From the NCBI GenBank assembly GCA_030829985.1, contig JAURNW010000021.1, forward strand, positions 11,611 to 75,610: a stretch of 64,000 nt of DNA, given 5' to 3'. Positions 63,110 to 64,000 of this stretch are shown piece by piece; within the stretch, counting starts at the first letter, position 1; every line of letters starts with the position of its first letter. The translations under genes were made by a program, and so were the position numbers. Source of the stretch: Gammaproteobacteria bacterium. GTDB taxonomy: Bacteria; Pseudomonadota; Gammaproteobacteria; Eutrophobiales; Eutrophobiaceae. Below the pieces are notes generated by a model. It made no database searches. It was not told the origin of the DNA and was given only the letters and a program-made list of their open reading frames with translations.

Positions 63110-64000
63110 ATGTTAATACTACCAGGCGGCAAGGCTCTTTCCGACTTTCGTGTAAATAAACTTCTTTCCGCCTTGCAATCATGCATTCCGGAAATTGTTT
63201 CCGTACAGTCACACTATATTCATTTTGCCCAGACGAATACGGATCTTGACCATAATGAGATTCAACAACTTAATGCACTATTAAACTACGGTTCGGCAGT
63301 GAGTAACACTGACTCTGAAACTGCTAAATTAATCGTTATACCAAGGCCAGGCACAATTTCACCCTGGTCCAGCAAGGCAAGCGATATTGTTCATAACTCT
63401 GGCCTACACAAAATAAATCGTATTGAACGAGGTAAATTCTATTCATTTAAACTAGGTAACGGTAATACGCTTAATGAGGAACAAATAACACTCATCAAAC
63501 CGTTATTACATGACCGCATGACGGAAATTCTTATTGATGAGGATCATGAAGCTGTTGTTTTATTTGCCACTACCGAACCGGCTGAGTTGAATCAGGTTGA
63601 TATCCTTAAAGGTGGTATAAGTGCATTGGAAACGGCTAATGTCAAAATGGGTCTCGCCTTATCTATCGAGGAAATCAATTACTTATTCACTTCATTTGAA
63701 ACACTGGGACGTAATCCAACCGATGTCGAACTGATGATGTTCGCGCAGGCAAACTCGGAACATTGTCGACATAAGATATTTAATGCGGAATGGACTATCG
63801 ATAATGTGAAGCAAGAACACTCCTTATTCAAGCTGATAAGACAGACGCACGAAGCCAATCCCGGGAATGTGTTATCGGCATACCATGATAATGCTGCAGT
63901 CATGTCTGGTTTTAGTGGTGCGCGCTTTTTTACAGATCCCGATACGAATCAGTATGGTTATCACGACGAAGCTATACATATATTAATGAAGGTCGAAACC
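63110..64000 (+). CDS. purL: Phosphoribosylformylglycinamidine synthase, large single-chain type (5' part; continues beyond the window)
   Basis: The open frame runs from the ATG at 63110 to the window end (297 codons). It translates to MLILPGGKALSDFRVNKLL...IVIPRPGTISPWSSKASDI, the typical PurL N-terminus. Confidence 0.9.
   Translation, partial: MLILPGGKALSDFRVNKLLSALQSCIPEIVSVQSHYIHFAQTNTDLDHNEIQQLNALLNYGSAVSNTDSETAKLIVIPRPGTISPWSSKASDIVHNSGLHKINRIERGKFYSFKLGNGNTLNEEQITLIKPLLHDRMTEILIDEDHEAVVLFATTEPAELNQVDILKGGISALETANVKMGLALSIEEINYLFTSFETLGRNPTDVELMMFAQANSEHCRHKIFNAEWTIDNVKQEHSLFKLIRQTHEANPGNVLSAYHDNAAVMSGFSGARFFTDPDTNQYGYHDEAIHILMKVET

Overview
This is a chromosomal, mostly housekeeping segment of a low-GC (about 40%) gammaproteobacterium. 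It is densely coded, with about 57 protein genes. I recognised no rRNA, tRNA, CRISPR array, IS element, integrase or phage gene. From start to end the window contains: (1) a hopanoid-associated block of hpnH, a GT2 glycosyltransferase, an MlaC/Ttg2D-like carrier and an MlaA/VacJ-like lipoprotein; (2) glycolate oxidase glcDEF; (3) rng-yhdP, a NUDIX gene and mnmA; (4) the TCA enzymes acnB and class I fumarase; (5) an unusual module made of a tandem-DUF1538 membrane protein (split by an apparent 1-nt frameshift in a T6 run) translationally coupled to a 392-aa protein built of three PII-like domains; (6) an RRM RNA-binding protein; (7) a shikimate-kinase-fold P-loop protein followed by metA; (8) the block glyA, nrdR, ribD, ribE, ribBA, ribH, nusB, thiL; (9) a 0.92 kb ORF-free AT-rich spacer; (10) a tightly coupled DUF815 ATPase, hpt, MTA/MTI phosphorylase, CPXCG protein and rhodanese lipoprotein; (11) a transglutaminase-like protein, csiV and mfd; (12) the conserved cluster gyrA, pheA, hisC, tyrA, aroA, cmk, rpsA, ihfB, lapA, lapB, pyrF, here without serC; (13) mtnA, mtaD, rnt, pyrC, an aldo-keto reductase and purB; (14) a degenerate PLD-like protein plus a 287-aa mini-secretin-like protein; and (15) the 5' part of purL. 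The best candidate for an undescribed system is the DUF1538 plus triple-PII module at 19591-22654. All functional calls rest on motif and family recognition by eye, with no database search.
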